DNA from: a virus
Lineage: Duplodnaviria > Caudoviricetes
Length of the DNA: 61,396 nucleotides
Direction: 5' to 3' (one strand)
IMG/VR virus record: IMGVR_UViG_3300031949_000037
Location: 1 to 61,396 of that record
The notes below the pieces were generated by a model. That model saw only the letters and a list, made by a program, of their open reading frames with translations. It ran no database searches and had not been told where the DNA came from. Shown here one piece after another: positions 24,305 to 33,995 of this stretch. The position numbers and the translations under genes were made by a program. The first letter of the stretch is position 1; every line of letters begins with the position of its first letter.

Positions 24305-25828
24305 ATGTTACCCGAACCCCTTTACGACCGCGACGCCATCCGCCTCTACCATGGCGACTGCCGGGCGCTGCTGGCCGCTCTTCCGGGCCACAGCGTGAAC
24401 GCGGTCGTGACCAGCCCGCCCTTTTGGGGGCTGCGGATGTACGACTGCCCCCCTAGCGTTTGGGGCGGAGATCCCGACTGCCGCCACGAGGAAGGGTGGG
24501 TAATGATCGCCCGCCGCTACCAACGGGCTAGCGTAGGTGAGCGCTCGACCTTAGAAGGCGGGAGCCAGAGACCCCAGGGCGACGATACGCCGGTGATCAT
24601 CCCCGAGACGGCTAGCTGCCCGCTCTGCCGCGCCTGGCGCGGCTGGTACGGCTCCGAGCCGACGGTCCCCATGTACATCGAGCACACGGGCGAGGTCCTG
24701 AGGGCCTTGCGCCGGGTCCTGCGCCCCGATGGGGCCTTGTGGCTAGACCTCGACGACAGCCGCGGCGCCCATGGGTCGCGGTTCCCTGACAGGCGGCGGA
24801 AGGAGCTTGCGGTCACGCCTGGCCGGCGCGCCGCCGGCATTCCTGATATGTCGGTCTGCCTGATCCCGCTGGAGGTGGCGCGGGCCGCCCGCGCCGAGGG
24901 CTGGATCGTGCGGTCCGTGATCATCATTCCCACGTGGGTACCCGAATCAGCCCACGACCGCCCTACGGACGCCTACCGCGTGCTCCTGATGCTATCGCCG
25001 GCCCATGGCATCACGTTCTACTGGAACGAACAGACCCGCCGGCATGGCCCGACGCGGCCTAGCAATCAAGCCGGCCTGGAGGGCGAAGACTGGCGGTGGG
25101 AGAAGGATGCCAGGGGCCGGCCGGTCCGGCGGTCCTACTGGCACGCCGAACGCTACTGGTACGACGGCTATGTGGGTAGGGTACCTAGCACCGGCCGCCA
25201 GCGGTCGGAGAGGATCGGCGGCGACCATGATAGGCCAAGCCATAGCAGGGGCGGGCCGATTAGTCCCTCGACCTACCGTAACCTGGGCAACGTGTGGGAC
25301 GACATCGGGCCGGCAGCCTACCCCGGCGAGCACTTCGCCGTAATGCCCATGGCAGAGGCCGAGAGGTGCATCGGGCTCTCGGTACCTCCTGAGGCATGCC
25401 CGAAGTGCGGCCGCGGGCGGGTAAGGATCGTCGGTAGCCGCAGCCCCCGTCACGAGGGCACAGATGGCCGCGGGCAGCCTGACGGACCGGGTAGACTGGC
25501 CGCAAAGCGCGACCTCCTACGGGCTAGCGGCGGAGATCCTGATAACCCCTGGCCGGATGCAGAAACCCTCGGCTGGACGGATTGCGACTGCGGCGCCGCC
25601 TATGAGCCGGGCGTGGTCCTGGACCCTTTCGCGGGAACGGGTACCACGCTGCTGGCGGCGCAGAACCTCGGCCGGCGCGCGATGGGCTTCGAGCTCTCGG
25701 AGGACTACTGCCGCCAGGCCGTTACGCGCCTGACCGTAGGCGACGCCGGCGTCCGCCGCATGGTGGAGGCGGGCCGCGCCGGCGCCCAGCAACCGTCGCT
25801 CTTCGAGGAGGCTGGCCATGGCCGGTAG
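24305..25828 (+). CDS. Beta-class DNA amino-methyltransferase (N4C-like)
   Basis: VVTSPPFWGLR catalytic motif precedes VLDPFAGTGTT SAM motif. Confidence 0.92.
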   Translation: MLPEPLYDRDAIRLYHGDCRALLAALPGHSVNAVVTSPPFWGLRMYDCPPSVWGGDPDCRHEEGWVMIARRYQRASVGERSTLEGGSQRPQGDDTPVIIPETASCPLCRAWRGWYGSEPTVPMYIEHTGEVLRALRRVLRPDGALWLDLDDSRGAHGSRFPDRRRKELAVTPGRRAAGIPDMSVCLIPLEVARAARAEGWIVRSVIIIPTWVPESAHDRPTDAYRVLLMLSPAHGITFYWNEQTRRHGPTRPSNQAGLEGEDWRWEKDARGRPVRRSYWHAERYWYDGYVGRVPSTGRQRSERIGGDHDRPSHSRGGPISPSTYRNLGNVWDDIGPAAYPGEHFAVMPMAEAERCIGLSVPPEACPKCGRGRVRIVGSRSPRHEGTDGRGQPDGPGRLAAKRDLLRASGGDPDNPWPDAETLGWTDCDCGAAYEPGVVLDPFAGTGTTLLAAQNLGRRAMGFELSEDYCRQAVTRLTVGDAGVRRMVEAGRAGAQQPSLFEEAGHGR

Positions 25829-26390
25829 AGGCTATATGCCGCGCGCCCAAACGCAGGAGTGGGAGACGCCGCGCGATCTCTTCGACCGGCTGTGGGAGGA
25901 GTTCGGCCCCTTCGAGTGCGATCCTTGCTGCCGCACGGTTCACTATACGGCCCAGCGCGTTCTCGGCGCCGGCGGCCTCGTCTATGTCCCGCCCGGCGGG
26001 CTCTTCGGCCAGCGCGACGTGGCGCCCGGCGTCGCGGAGGACGGCCTCCTAGGGCCTTGGCGGGGGGCCGTCTATATGAACCCGCCCTACGGGGAGGTCC
26101 TGGCCGCCTGGGTCACGAAGGCCGTGCGCGAGGTCGAGGCCGGCAACGCCCGCCGAGTGGTGGGCCTCGTCCCGGCCCGGACCGATACCCGCTGGTGGCA
26201 GCGCTACGTGCTGGAGGCCGCTTCCTGTACGCCGCAAGTGGTTCCCGAGCCGCTTCTAGCGGGCGGCTGGGAGATCGCGTGCCATTCGGCCCTAAGGGTC
26301 CTGCGGTTCCTGCCGGGCCGGCTGAGGTTCGGGGGCGCGGCCAACTCGGCCACCTTCCCCTCGGTGATCGTTGTGTGGGAAATGCCATGA
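25818..26390 (+). CDS. Phage N6-adenine DNA methyltransferase (phage Dam family)
   Basis: EWETP, VYMNPPYG, LVPARTDTRWW, GRLRF. Confidence 0.9.
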   Translation: MAGRGYMPRAQTQEWETPRDLFDRLWEEFGPFECDPCCRTVHYTAQRVLGAGGLVYVPPGGLFGQRDVAPGVAEDGLLGPWRGAVYMNPPYGEVLAAWVTKAVREVEAGNARRVVGLVPARTDTRWWQRYVLEAASCTPQVVPEPLLAGGWEIACHSALRVLRFLPGRLRFGGAANSATFPSVIVVWEMP

Positions 26391-26761
26391 GCACGACCAG
26401 CAAGCCATGGGATCGCCGCGGCCAGGGATCGCGGGAGTATACCGATGATCAATGGGCCGCCGTGGTCGGTACGATGAAGGGGCGCCACATCGGCCCCGTG
26501 TTCCGCATAACAACGGAAGCCCTGGCGGCCGAAACCGACGTGCCGGGCCGGACGATCCGGGCCATCCTAAGCGACGCCGATGGGGCCGAGTTCTGCCTAG
26601 GCGGTGGAGACGACGGGCTCTACATCGCCGAGTCGTACGAAGAGACAACGTCGATCACGGGCCGCCTCTTCTCCCAGGCTAGCCGCATGAGAGAGCGGGC
26701 CCAGCGCCGGCACGATTACGCGGGCAAGAACCTACCACGACGTCAAGGGCAGTTGATGTGA
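26387..26761 (+). CDS. Hypothetical protein
   Basis: ATGA overlap; HTH-like EALAAETDVPGRTIRAIL. Confidence 0.6.
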   Translation: MSTTSKPWDRRGQGSREYTDDQWAAVVGTMKGRHIGPVFRITTEALAAETDVPGRTIRAILSDADGAEFCLGGGDDGLYIAESYEETTSITGRLFSQASRMRERAQRRHDYAGKNLPRRQGQLM

Positions 26762-26966
26762 TCGTCTGCCAAGCATGCGGCTGGCGCGGCTGGGTGCCGC
26801 TGGCCTTCTGCCCATGGTGCGGCCGGGCCCGGCTGGGCGAGGAGCAGGACGTGGCGGCCAATGACCAGGATACGCTCAACCTGGAGCGCAACTGCCGGGC
26901 GGAACAAGAGGGGCTACACCGGAAGGCCCTACGCCGGGCAGGGGGTAACGGGAACAGGAGAGTCGG

Positions 26967-27410
26967 ATGAAGGCGCTTACCCTTACCCAGCCCTGGGCCT
27001 CTCTGGTGGCGGCCGGCCTGAAGCTGGTGGAGACGCGGACCTGGCACACATCCTACCGGGGGCAGCTAGCGATCCACGCCGCTAGGGACTGGCCGCCGTG
27101 GGCTCGCGGCTTCGCTGAAACGGAGCTCGGGCCGGGCCGTCTTCTGAGCCCGATCCCGCGCGGCGCCGTCCTCTGCGTTGTGGAGCTCGCCGATATGCGC
27201 CGTACGGAGGAGATCGCGGCAGCGGTCTCGGCGCTGGAGCGCCACTACGGCAACTTCGCGCCCGGCCGGTGGGCCTGGGTCTTCAAGCCGGGCTCGCTCT
27301 TCGTCTTCGACCCGCCGGTGCCGGCCAGCGGCCGGCAAGGCTTGTGGGAAATGGACCCCGCGCGCTTGTTCGGCGCCTACGGCGAGCACCGTGGGCCCGG
27401 TCGCAGCTAA
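26967..27410 (+). CDS. ASCH domain protein
   Basis: MKALTLTQPWASLV..VETRTW..YRGQLAIHA..GRQGLW. Confidence 0.9.
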   Translation: MKALTLTQPWASLVAAGLKLVETRTWHTSYRGQLAIHAARDWPPWARGFAETELGPGRLLSPIPRGAVLCVVELADMRRTEEIAAAVSALERHYGNFAPGRWAWVFKPGSLFVFDPPVPASGRQGLWEMDPARLFGAYGEHRGPGRS

Positions 27411-27420
27411 GGGCGATGAT

Positions 27421-27840
27421 GTGACCGAGCCCCTTGTCTGGCAGGACGCCATATGGTGCCGAGATCTCGCCCTTGTCGGCCTCTGCCGATGGTGCCGCCA
27501 GCCGGTTCAGTACCCGCTACGCTTCTACTGTTCGCCCAACTGTCGCCACCTCTTCGAGGTCAACCATTTCTGGTGGGCGGCGACCGCTGAGGCGCTAAGG
27601 CGCTCCGATAAGGCCTGCCGGCGCTGTGGCGGGATGGCCTGGGAGGTCCACCACCAGACGCGGCTAGACGATCCCAGCCTACGGTCGGCGAGCTGCTATA
27701 ACCACCAATCCAATCTGGAGCCCCTGTGCCTGAACTGCCACCACGCCCACCACCACGCCGCCGGCAACCGGCTAACGCTACGGCAGGCGCGGGACCTGGC
27801 CCGGCTAGCGTTGTGGATCGGAGAGGAGGTAGCAGTGTGA
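27421..27840 (+). CDS. HNH endonuclease
   Basis: CRRCG..EVHH..NHQSNLEPLCLNCH. Confidence 0.85.
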   Translation: MTEPLVWQDAIWCRDLALVGLCRWCRQPVQYPLRFYCSPNCRHLFEVNHFWWAATAEALRRSDKACRRCGGMAWEVHHQTRLDDPSLRSASCYNHQSNLEPLCLNCHHAHHHAAGNRLTLRQARDLARLALWIGEEVAV

Positions 27841-28115
27841 CCGAGACCATGATCGTGCGCTACCTGATGGCCGGCACCTTCCGGGCTACCCGTCACGCCG
27901 AGGGATGCGCCCACCTCCGCCGGGCGCTGAGGGACCAGGAGCGGGCCCAGAGCCAGCGCTGGCCGGGGGGCGGCTACGATGCCCTCCTAGTCATGACCGA
28001 GGGGCAGTACGCGGCCGCCGGCGGCCGGCCCCCACCTAAGGACTGCCGCTGCGTCGACAAGGCCACGATAATATCGCCCGATTACGGACGCGGCGCGACG
28101 GGGGAGGAGCCTTGA
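27837..28115 (+). CDS. Hypothetical protein
   Basis: GGAGGT RBS; GTGA overlap. Confidence 0.5.
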   Translation: MTETMIVRYLMAGTFRATRHAEGCAHLRRALRDQERAQSQRWPGGGYDALLVMTEGQYAAAGGRPPPKDCRCVDKATIISPDYGRGATGEEP

Positions 28116-28395
28116 CCTTGGAGCCGTCAGACTACCCGGTGCGCTTCCCCTTTACCGAGCCCCCGGCGGGCTACCCGCCGGCGATAGCATGGGCGCGGCA
28201 CTGGTCGCTGCCTGTGCTCTCCCCCGCCGGCCGACGCCGCGCCCTCCGCTGGGGCGCCTGGCTACGCCGGCGCCACCTTGCCATCCTGGCAGAGCGGCGG
28301 AGCGAGCGCCTAGGCGCTCTAGCGCGCCTGGAGGCGACCGCTCGGGAGCATGGCGTCGCCGCGCCAGCGATGCGGTATGCCAGGGGTCGCCCTCG

Positions 28396-28905
28396 GTGAA
28401 GAGGCCGCTGCGGCCCGGTAGCGTCGAGGCCTGGGCCGCCGAGATGCAGCGCGCCCTAGCCGTCGACGGCGGCGCCAGTCTCCTAGGCGTCTACGGCCTC
28501 AATAGCCCCTTGGTCCGATGGCTCCTAAACAAGCGCTCCGACCTGCTGGCGCTAACCCCCGGCCAGGCCGCCAGGCCCCGTGTCGCCTATCGGTGCCCCA
28601 TGCCCGGCTGTGGCCGGCCGATGGTCTTCCGCGCCGGCGGCTGGACCTGCTACGCCCACGACCGGCCCTTTCGCCTAGCGCCGGCGCTGGTAGAGAACGG
28701 ACCCTTGCCGCCGCCCTGCCTGGACGTCCTGCGGCGGCTAGACCAGCCCCTAGATTGGCAGTACGATCCGCTTGCCCGCCAGTGGACGGTGCGGGAGCTA
28801 GCCCTGCCAGGCAGACGGCGTCGACCATTTAGGCAGGCGGGCCCCCAACCCCGCCCCACGAAGGGAGCCGCGCATGGTAAGCCAGGTGGCCGAGGAACGC
28901 GCTAA
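28396..28905 (+). CDS. Hypothetical Zn-finger protein
   Basis: CPMPGC..CYAH. Confidence 0.45.
   Translation: MKRPLRPGSVEAWAAEMQRALAVDGGASLLGVYGLNSPLVRWLLNKRSDLLALTPGQAARPRVAYRCPMPGCGRPMVFRAGGWTCYAHDRPFRLAPALVENGPLPPPCLDVLRRLDQPLDWQYDPLARQWTVRELALPGRRRRPFRQAGPQPRPTKGAAHGKPGGRGTR
28820..28829 (+). promoter_or_regulatory. Putative late-promoter motif, upstream of portal
   Basis: GTCGACCATT. Confidence 0.55.
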
Positions 28906-31111
28906 GGGCCACGGCCCGGACCCGAAGGCCAAGGGCATCAGGGAGCCGGCCTTCCTGGTTCGTAAGCCGGCGGCCTTCTTCGATGCCACGGCTCTAACGG
29001 CGCCCCAATGGCGCCGCGTCGTCGGCATGGCCCCCGTCGTGCGCTCCTGTATCCAGACCCTCGTTATGCAGATCACGGGGCTCAACTGGTACATCGAGAG
29101 CGAGGACGAGAAGCTGGCCGAATACTTCACCCTGGTCCTCAACAGCTCCGACGATGGCGCCGGCTTCGAGAACATGATCGCCCGCGTCGTCGAGGATACG
29201 CTGACGGTACCCTTCGGGGGCTCCTGGGAGATCGGCTCCTACCGCGACGATACCGTCGCCTGGCTAGGCCACCTGGACGCCAGCCTCATGCGCCCCACCA
29301 ACAGCAAGGACTACCCCTTCGCCCAGGTAAGCCCATGGGCGGGGCCGCTGGAGGTGGTCCTGTTCACGGCGGGCGAGGTCTCACGTGTCATGTGGCAGCC
29401 CCAGACCAGCGTGCTCGCCTATGGCTGGACCCGCACGCCTGTAATGGACTGCCTACCCGCCATCCAGGGCCTTCTACGCTCTGACCGCTTCTGGCAGACC
29501 CTCCTAACCGACAACCCGCCGCCCGGTGTGCTAGACGTGGTCGGCTGGACTGAAGAGGAAGCGACCGAATGGCTCGAGGGTTGGAAGACCATGGTGGCCG
29601 GCATCGACGCCCTGAAGGTGCCGATCCTCTACGGCCGGGAGAAGGGGGAGGCCGCCAACTTCATCAACTTCGGCCAGACCGCTACCGAGGCCCAGCTACC
29701 CGAGCTGGTCAAGCGCTACGCCGAACTCGTCACGGCGGCCTTCGGGATGAACGTGGGGGATCTCGGCCTCTTCGGTCAGGAGCTACGGCTGGCCGGCGCT
29801 ACGAAGCTGATCGAGCTCTCGAAACGCCAAGGGCTTGCCCACCTGCTACGCCGCATAAAGCAGCGCGTCGACAACGACGTGCTGCCCGACCTCTGCACCT
29901 TCAAGTGGGAGGACATCGAACTCGAGGACACGGTCCGCCGGGAGTCGGCGCGTAAGCTGGGCGCGGACCGGCTCTCCATCCTGGTTAGCGCGGGCATCCT
30001 AAGCCCCGAAGACGGCCTCCGCCAGGCGTATGAGGATGGTCTGGTAACGGTCGAGGTCCAGGCGCCAGCGCCCGCTCCTACGCCGGCGCCGGCAAACGAA
30101 GAGCCGACGGGCGACGAGGGCGTGACCAGTAGCGGCGAAACTAAGGGCCAGAAGGGCCAGCGCCATCGCCCTTTTGGCGACGCCCTGCATCGGCAGGGCG
30201 AGGACGAGGCCCCGCCCCCCCGAGCCTACCCCTTTACTAGCCCGGCTGCCCGAGACCTGGGAAAGCTCGTCGGGCCCTGGATCGCCAAGATCGGCGGCTC
30301 CATTACGCGGGCCCGGATCGCGCCCCTCCTGGAGGCGGGCATCGTGGCGGCCGACGCGGCCGGCGGTGAGGCCGCCGCCATCGCCCATCGGGCCCGTACG
30401 CCTAGCCCCGCCGAGGCGGCCATCGAGGAACTGCTGGCTAATCAGTCATGGTGGCGGGCCCCTGACATCGCCGAGCGCGTGGCGGCCGTTCTCCAGCTAG
30501 CCTACGCCGAGGGCCTGGTCCAAGAGGCCGGCGTAATCGAGAAGGAACTGGTCGCAGCCGGGGTAATCCCCGAGCCGCGTGTGGTCCCGACGGTCGCCAA
30601 GATCACGGACCCGGTAGTGCTGAAGGAGCTAGACGGCCGGGCCTACGGCCTTATCAGCAACGTCGACCGCGGCACAGACTTCTACATCCGGCGCGAGGTC
30701 ATGGCTGGCGTCAAGAAGGGCCTGCACGCGCCTCAGATTGCCCGCAGCATCCTAATCGACGACGTCCGTAGGGGGATCATCGAGACCTTCCGGGGCCGGG
30801 CGCTCTCCATCGTCAACACCGAGATCAATTGGGCCCAGACCCAGGCAGCCTTGAAGCAGCAACGCGCCATGGGCCTGACCAAGCGCCGCTGGCGGGTCGT
30901 GGCCGCCGTGGCCTGCGACATCTGCAAGCGCAACGCCGCCATGGGGGCCATCGGCCCTACCAAGCACTTCGACTCGGTCTTCGGCCCATGCGATGGGCCG
31001 CCGGCGCACCCCCAGGTTTGCCACTGCTGGATCACCTACGACAAGAAGGAGCTGCGCGCGCTAGCCAAGGCGGCCGGCGCCCCGGCCTACTATACCGGCG
31101 CCGCCCCCTAG
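28874..31111 (+). CDS. Portal protein fused to a Mu gpF-like head morphogenesis domain
   Basis: YGWTRTPVMDCL and ELVTAAFGMNVGDLG portal-like motifs; C-terminal IVNTE..CDICKRN..PPAHPQVCHC. Confidence 0.85.
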   Translation: MVSQVAEERAKGHGPDPKAKGIREPAFLVRKPAAFFDATALTAPQWRRVVGMAPVVRSCIQTLVMQITGLNWYIESEDEKLAEYFTLVLNSSDDGAGFENMIARVVEDTLTVPFGGSWEIGSYRDDTVAWLGHLDASLMRPTNSKDYPFAQVSPWAGPLEVVLFTAGEVSRVMWQPQTSVLAYGWTRTPVMDCLPAIQGLLRSDRFWQTLLTDNPPPGVLDVVGWTEEEATEWLEGWKTMVAGIDALKVPILYGREKGEAANFINFGQTATEAQLPELVKRYAELVTAAFGMNVGDLGLFGQELRLAGATKLIELSKRQGLAHLLRRIKQRVDNDVLPDLCTFKWEDIELEDTVRRESARKLGADRLSILVSAGILSPEDGLRQAYEDGLVTVEVQAPAPAPTPAPANEEPTGDEGVTSSGETKGQKGQRHRPFGDALHRQGEDEAPPPRAYPFTSPAARDLGKLVGPWIAKIGGSITRARIAPLLEAGIVAADAAGGEAAAIAHRARTPSPAEAAIEELLANQSWWRAPDIAERVAAVLQLAYAEGLVQEAGVIEKELVAAGVIPEPRVVPTVAKITDPVVLKELDGRAYGLISNVDRGTDFYIRREVMAGVKKGLHAPQIARSILIDDVRRGIIETFRGRALSIVNTEINWAQTQAALKQQRAMGLTKRRWRVVAAVACDICKRNAAMGAIGPTKHFDSVFGPCDGPPAHPQVCHCWITYDKKELRALAKAAGAPAYYTGAAP

Positions 31112-31113
31112 GT

Positions 31114-31142
31114 TTGACAGGACTAGCCGCAACGTCTATCAT
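31114..31142 (+). promoter_or_regulatory. sigma70 promoter with degenerate operator
   Basis: TTGACA-17 nt-TATCAT with CTAGCCG-CAA-CGTCTA. Confidence 0.75.
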
Positions 31143-31159
31143 GGCCCGCGAGGCGTGCC

Positions 31160-31438
31160 ATGATCTCACTACCGTCCTCGGCGCCGATGGCCTTACCGCC
31201 CAAGCTGCGCGTGGCCATGGCCGTTGTGACCTACGACGCCCCCCGCGTCTGCGGGGCCGCCGACATCAGCGCCGCCGGTTCCTACCTGGTAGCCCTGATC
31301 TGTACCGCCTGCCATCCGCCCTACGAGTCGGGCCCGCTCTCGGTTGCGGCCGAGAGCGCGGAGATGGCCCGAGAGCGCGTCATGCGCCGCCATGCCGAGG
31401 AGGTCCACGGATGGCTCCCGTCCCTGCTCACCAGCTAG
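31160..31438 (+). CDS. Small C2H2-like protein
   Basis: CTAC..HAEEVH. Confidence 0.5.
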   Translation: MISLPSSAPMALPPKLRVAMAVVTYDAPRVCGAADISAAGSYLVALICTACHPPYESGPLSVAAESAEMARERVMRRHAEEVHGWLPSLLTS

Positions 31439-31704
31439 CCGACCTGGCCGTGGATGGGCTGGTCAACGCCCAGGTGACCGCCATCATCGTCGATAGCGAC
31501 CTATTCGACCCCGTACGCGCCGCCGGCGCCCGTTACCTACCGCCCCCCTTCGACGAGCTCCTAAGCTGCTACCTATGTACCGGCACGTGGGTAGGCGTCT
31601 TCCAGGCCGCCCGAGCCGGCGGCCGCCGAGATCTCCTCCGCCGGGCCCTCGCCATAGCGTGCGCCGGCCGCATCGTCCGCGCCCTTACGGATCATCCGGT
31701 CTAG
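31411..31704 (+). CDS. DUF1360-like membrane protein
   Basis: AGGAGG RBS; LFDPVR..ELLSCYLCTGTWVG. Confidence 0.65.
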   Translation: MAPVPAHQLADLAVDGLVNAQVTAIIVDSDLFDPVRAAGARYLPPPFDELLSCYLCTGTWVGVFQAARAGGRRDLLRRALAIACAGRIVRALTDHPV

Positions 31705-31735
31705 TCTAGCCAGGTTCAGCCATGGGTCGGGCCTG

Positions 31736-31761
31736 GAGGCCCCGGCGATAGCTGGGGCCTC
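31736..31761 (+). terminator. Terminator-like hairpin
   Basis: GAGGCCCCGGC-GATA-GCTGGGGCCTC; weak T-tract. Confidence 0.5.
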
Positions 31762-31774
31762 TGGGTTTGCCCGC

Positions 31775-31791
31775 GTCGACCATTAGGGTGA
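31775..31791 (+). promoter_or_regulatory. Putative late-promoter motif, upstream of scaffold/capsid
   Basis: GTCGACCATTAGGGTGA, identical at 48459 and 60029. Confidence 0.75.
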
Positions 31792-31792
31792 G

Positions 31793-33979
31793 ATGGCGAA
31801 GCGTCTAGCTACCCGACCATACTCCGGGCCCAGCGATAGTGGCCTCCCCGACAACGTCAAGGGGCTGCCGGACCATGCCCGCGAGATCTGGGTCGCGGCC
31901 TTCAACTCCGCCTGGGATGGCTGGTCCTCCGACAAGACGGACCTCACCCAAGAAGGCTACGCCCACGCGGTAGCCTGGGCTGCGGTTAAGAAGCTCTACA
32001 AGAAGAACGCCGAGGGCGCGTGGGTGAAGCGCAGCCTGGCATGGGAAGGCCAGGGGCGCATCACCAAGGTCTGGCGGTCCGCCGATGGCGCCCACCACTG
32101 GCGCGCTACCGTCATGGACGACGGCGTCGACTGCTACGCTACCCGCATGACGATCGACTTTCAGGACGACGTGTGCCAGCGGGCGGACGCCGGGCCGATG
32201 CCCTGGTTGGGGATCGCTCACTACGGCCGCCAGAGCCAGATCGGCGAGGCGACGCGGCTCTACCGGGATGGGCGCTTTGTCAAGGCCGAGGGCGTCTTCA
32301 CAGTGGAGACCGGTAACGCCCTCCAGCGCCAGCTAGCGCGGGCTGCCTACGAGGCGGCCGAGTCTGAATCGGACCTACTACCAGCCCACCGGGCCATCGC
32401 TACCAGCCAGGCCTTCTACCCCGAAGCTCACGCCGTTGAGGACTGCGGGGTCCTGGCCTACACGCGCGGCCGGATGGATCACATCGCCCTGACTACGAGG
32501 CCGGGCAACTCGCGCGCCGACTTCGGCGTAGAGGAGGACGAGATGCGCTCTAGCAAGACCCGGCGGGACCTGCGCCGCGACGACGCCGCCGCCATCGTGG
32601 GGCCCGACCTGGCCAAGGCGCTTGACGCTAGCCAGCAGGCTAAGCGCAGCGCCGCCGGCGACGACGAGGACGACGACGGTCTGATCTACCGCATGGCCGC
32701 CGACGGCACGGTGGAGCTTACGGGCGATGCGGACCGTACGCCGCCGGCCGAGCGCGACGCCGCCAACTTGCGCGATTGGGCGGAAGCCATGGAGGAGGTC
32801 GAGGTCCTAGCTGGCGCTGGCCATCGCCAGCCGGCCGACGTAGAGAACGCCCGCGCCTTCTTCCGCCACCGCCTCGGCGACGGCACGATCCACAAGCCTA
32901 CGCTGGCAGAAGCCCGAGCCATGTTCGCTGAGGAGACCGCCCTAGCGGGCGCCCTCTTGCGCGCTACCGGCGAGACCAACTTCGCCAAGGCCATCCGCGC
33001 CGTGGTATCCGACCCTGACCAGGTCGGCCCGGCGCCAGCCCCGGCCCCAGCCGCTAAGACGCGCGCCGGCCGCCGGGTAAAGGCAGAAATGCTCGACAAG
33101 GCGAAGAAGGCCATGGAGCAGGCGAAGTCGGCCGGCGATACGATGAAGGAGTTCGTCGCCTGGGCTACGCAGAACATGCCAGCCGACACCAGCAGCCGCG
33201 CGATCCACCGTAGCCTGGCGGCCGATGCCGACTACCGGGCCCAGGTCACGGAGAGGTGGGGCGCCGAGCCCGACGACTCCGTAATCGAGACCATGAATAC
33301 GCATGCGCTCGTGCAGGCGGCCTCCGAGGCCGGCTACACCTTCATCGACATCGTCATTGCCAACATCCAGGCCGAGGACCTAGACCAGTCAACGCGCCTG
33401 GCTAACGTCCAGAGGGCCTTGAACGAGTTTGGACAGATCATCGCCCAGATCATCGCCCACGTAGCCGCCCAACAGGAGCCCAGGTCGAGCGGAGCAGCCG
33501 CGGGTAACGGCGTAAAGCCGGATGGTGCAGGTGGAGCCGCCGCAGCGCCATCAGGCGGGCCGGACCCGGAGGCTCGGGCTGCCGTGACCGCCTCGCTGGA
33601 GGACATCGACGCCGCCCTAGACGGCGGCGTCACCCCGGACGAGATGCAGGGCCTGCTAGAGCAGCTAACCGAGAATCTGCGGCGGTGTCTACCTCCCCCG
33701 CCGGCCGCCGATGGGGCGACGGTGGAGATTCTGGCCCGCCTACGGGCCATCGAGGACCGGATTAGCGCCGGTCCGCCCCCGGCAGATCCGCCGCCGGGCG
33801 ATGAGCATAGGATGGGCCCGCCCGCAGCCCCGCCCCGTCGGAAGGGGATGCTGCCAAGGCTAGGAACCGACGTCTTGCGCCAGCGGCGTTCGGAGGAGCG
33901 GCCCGGCCCTTACGGCTGGTCGCCCAGCCAGTTTGCCCATGGCGCCCATCACCGCGCGGCCTTCGACCCACGCGAGTAA
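31793..33979 (+). CDS. ChaB domain fused to prohead protease-like and scaffold regions
   Basis: LPDHAREIWVAAFNSAW..AWAAVKKLY (ChaB); GRMDHIALTTRPGN; helical C-terminus; lies before the capsid gene. Confidence 0.75.
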   Translation: MAKRLATRPYSGPSDSGLPDNVKGLPDHAREIWVAAFNSAWDGWSSDKTDLTQEGYAHAVAWAAVKKLYKKNAEGAWVKRSLAWEGQGRITKVWRSADGAHHWRATVMDDGVDCYATRMTIDFQDDVCQRADAGPMPWLGIAHYGRQSQIGEATRLYRDGRFVKAEGVFTVETGNALQRQLARAAYEAAESESDLLPAHRAIATSQAFYPEAHAVEDCGVLAYTRGRMDHIALTTRPGNSRADFGVEEDEMRSSKTRRDLRRDDAAAIVGPDLAKALDASQQAKRSAAGDDEDDDGLIYRMAADGTVELTGDADRTPPAERDAANLRDWAEAMEEVEVLAGAGHRQPADVENARAFFRHRLGDGTIHKPTLAEARAMFAEETALAGALLRATGETNFAKAIRAVVSDPDQVGPAPAPAPAAKTRAGRRVKAEMLDKAKKAMEQAKSAGDTMKEFVAWATQNMPADTSSRAIHRSLAADADYRAQVTERWGAEPDDSVIETMNTHALVQAASEAGYTFIDIVIANIQAEDLDQSTRLANVQRALNEFGQIIAQIIAHVAAQQEPRSSGAAAGNGVKPDGAGGAAAAPSGGPDPEARAAVTASLEDIDAALDGGVTPDEMQGLLEQLTENLRRCLPPPPAADGATVEILARLRAIEDRISAGPPPADPPPGDEHRMGPPAAPPRRKGMLPRLGTDVLRQRRSEERPGPYGWSPSQFAHGAHHRAAFDPRE

Positions 33980-33995
33980 CAGGAGCTAGAGACCG

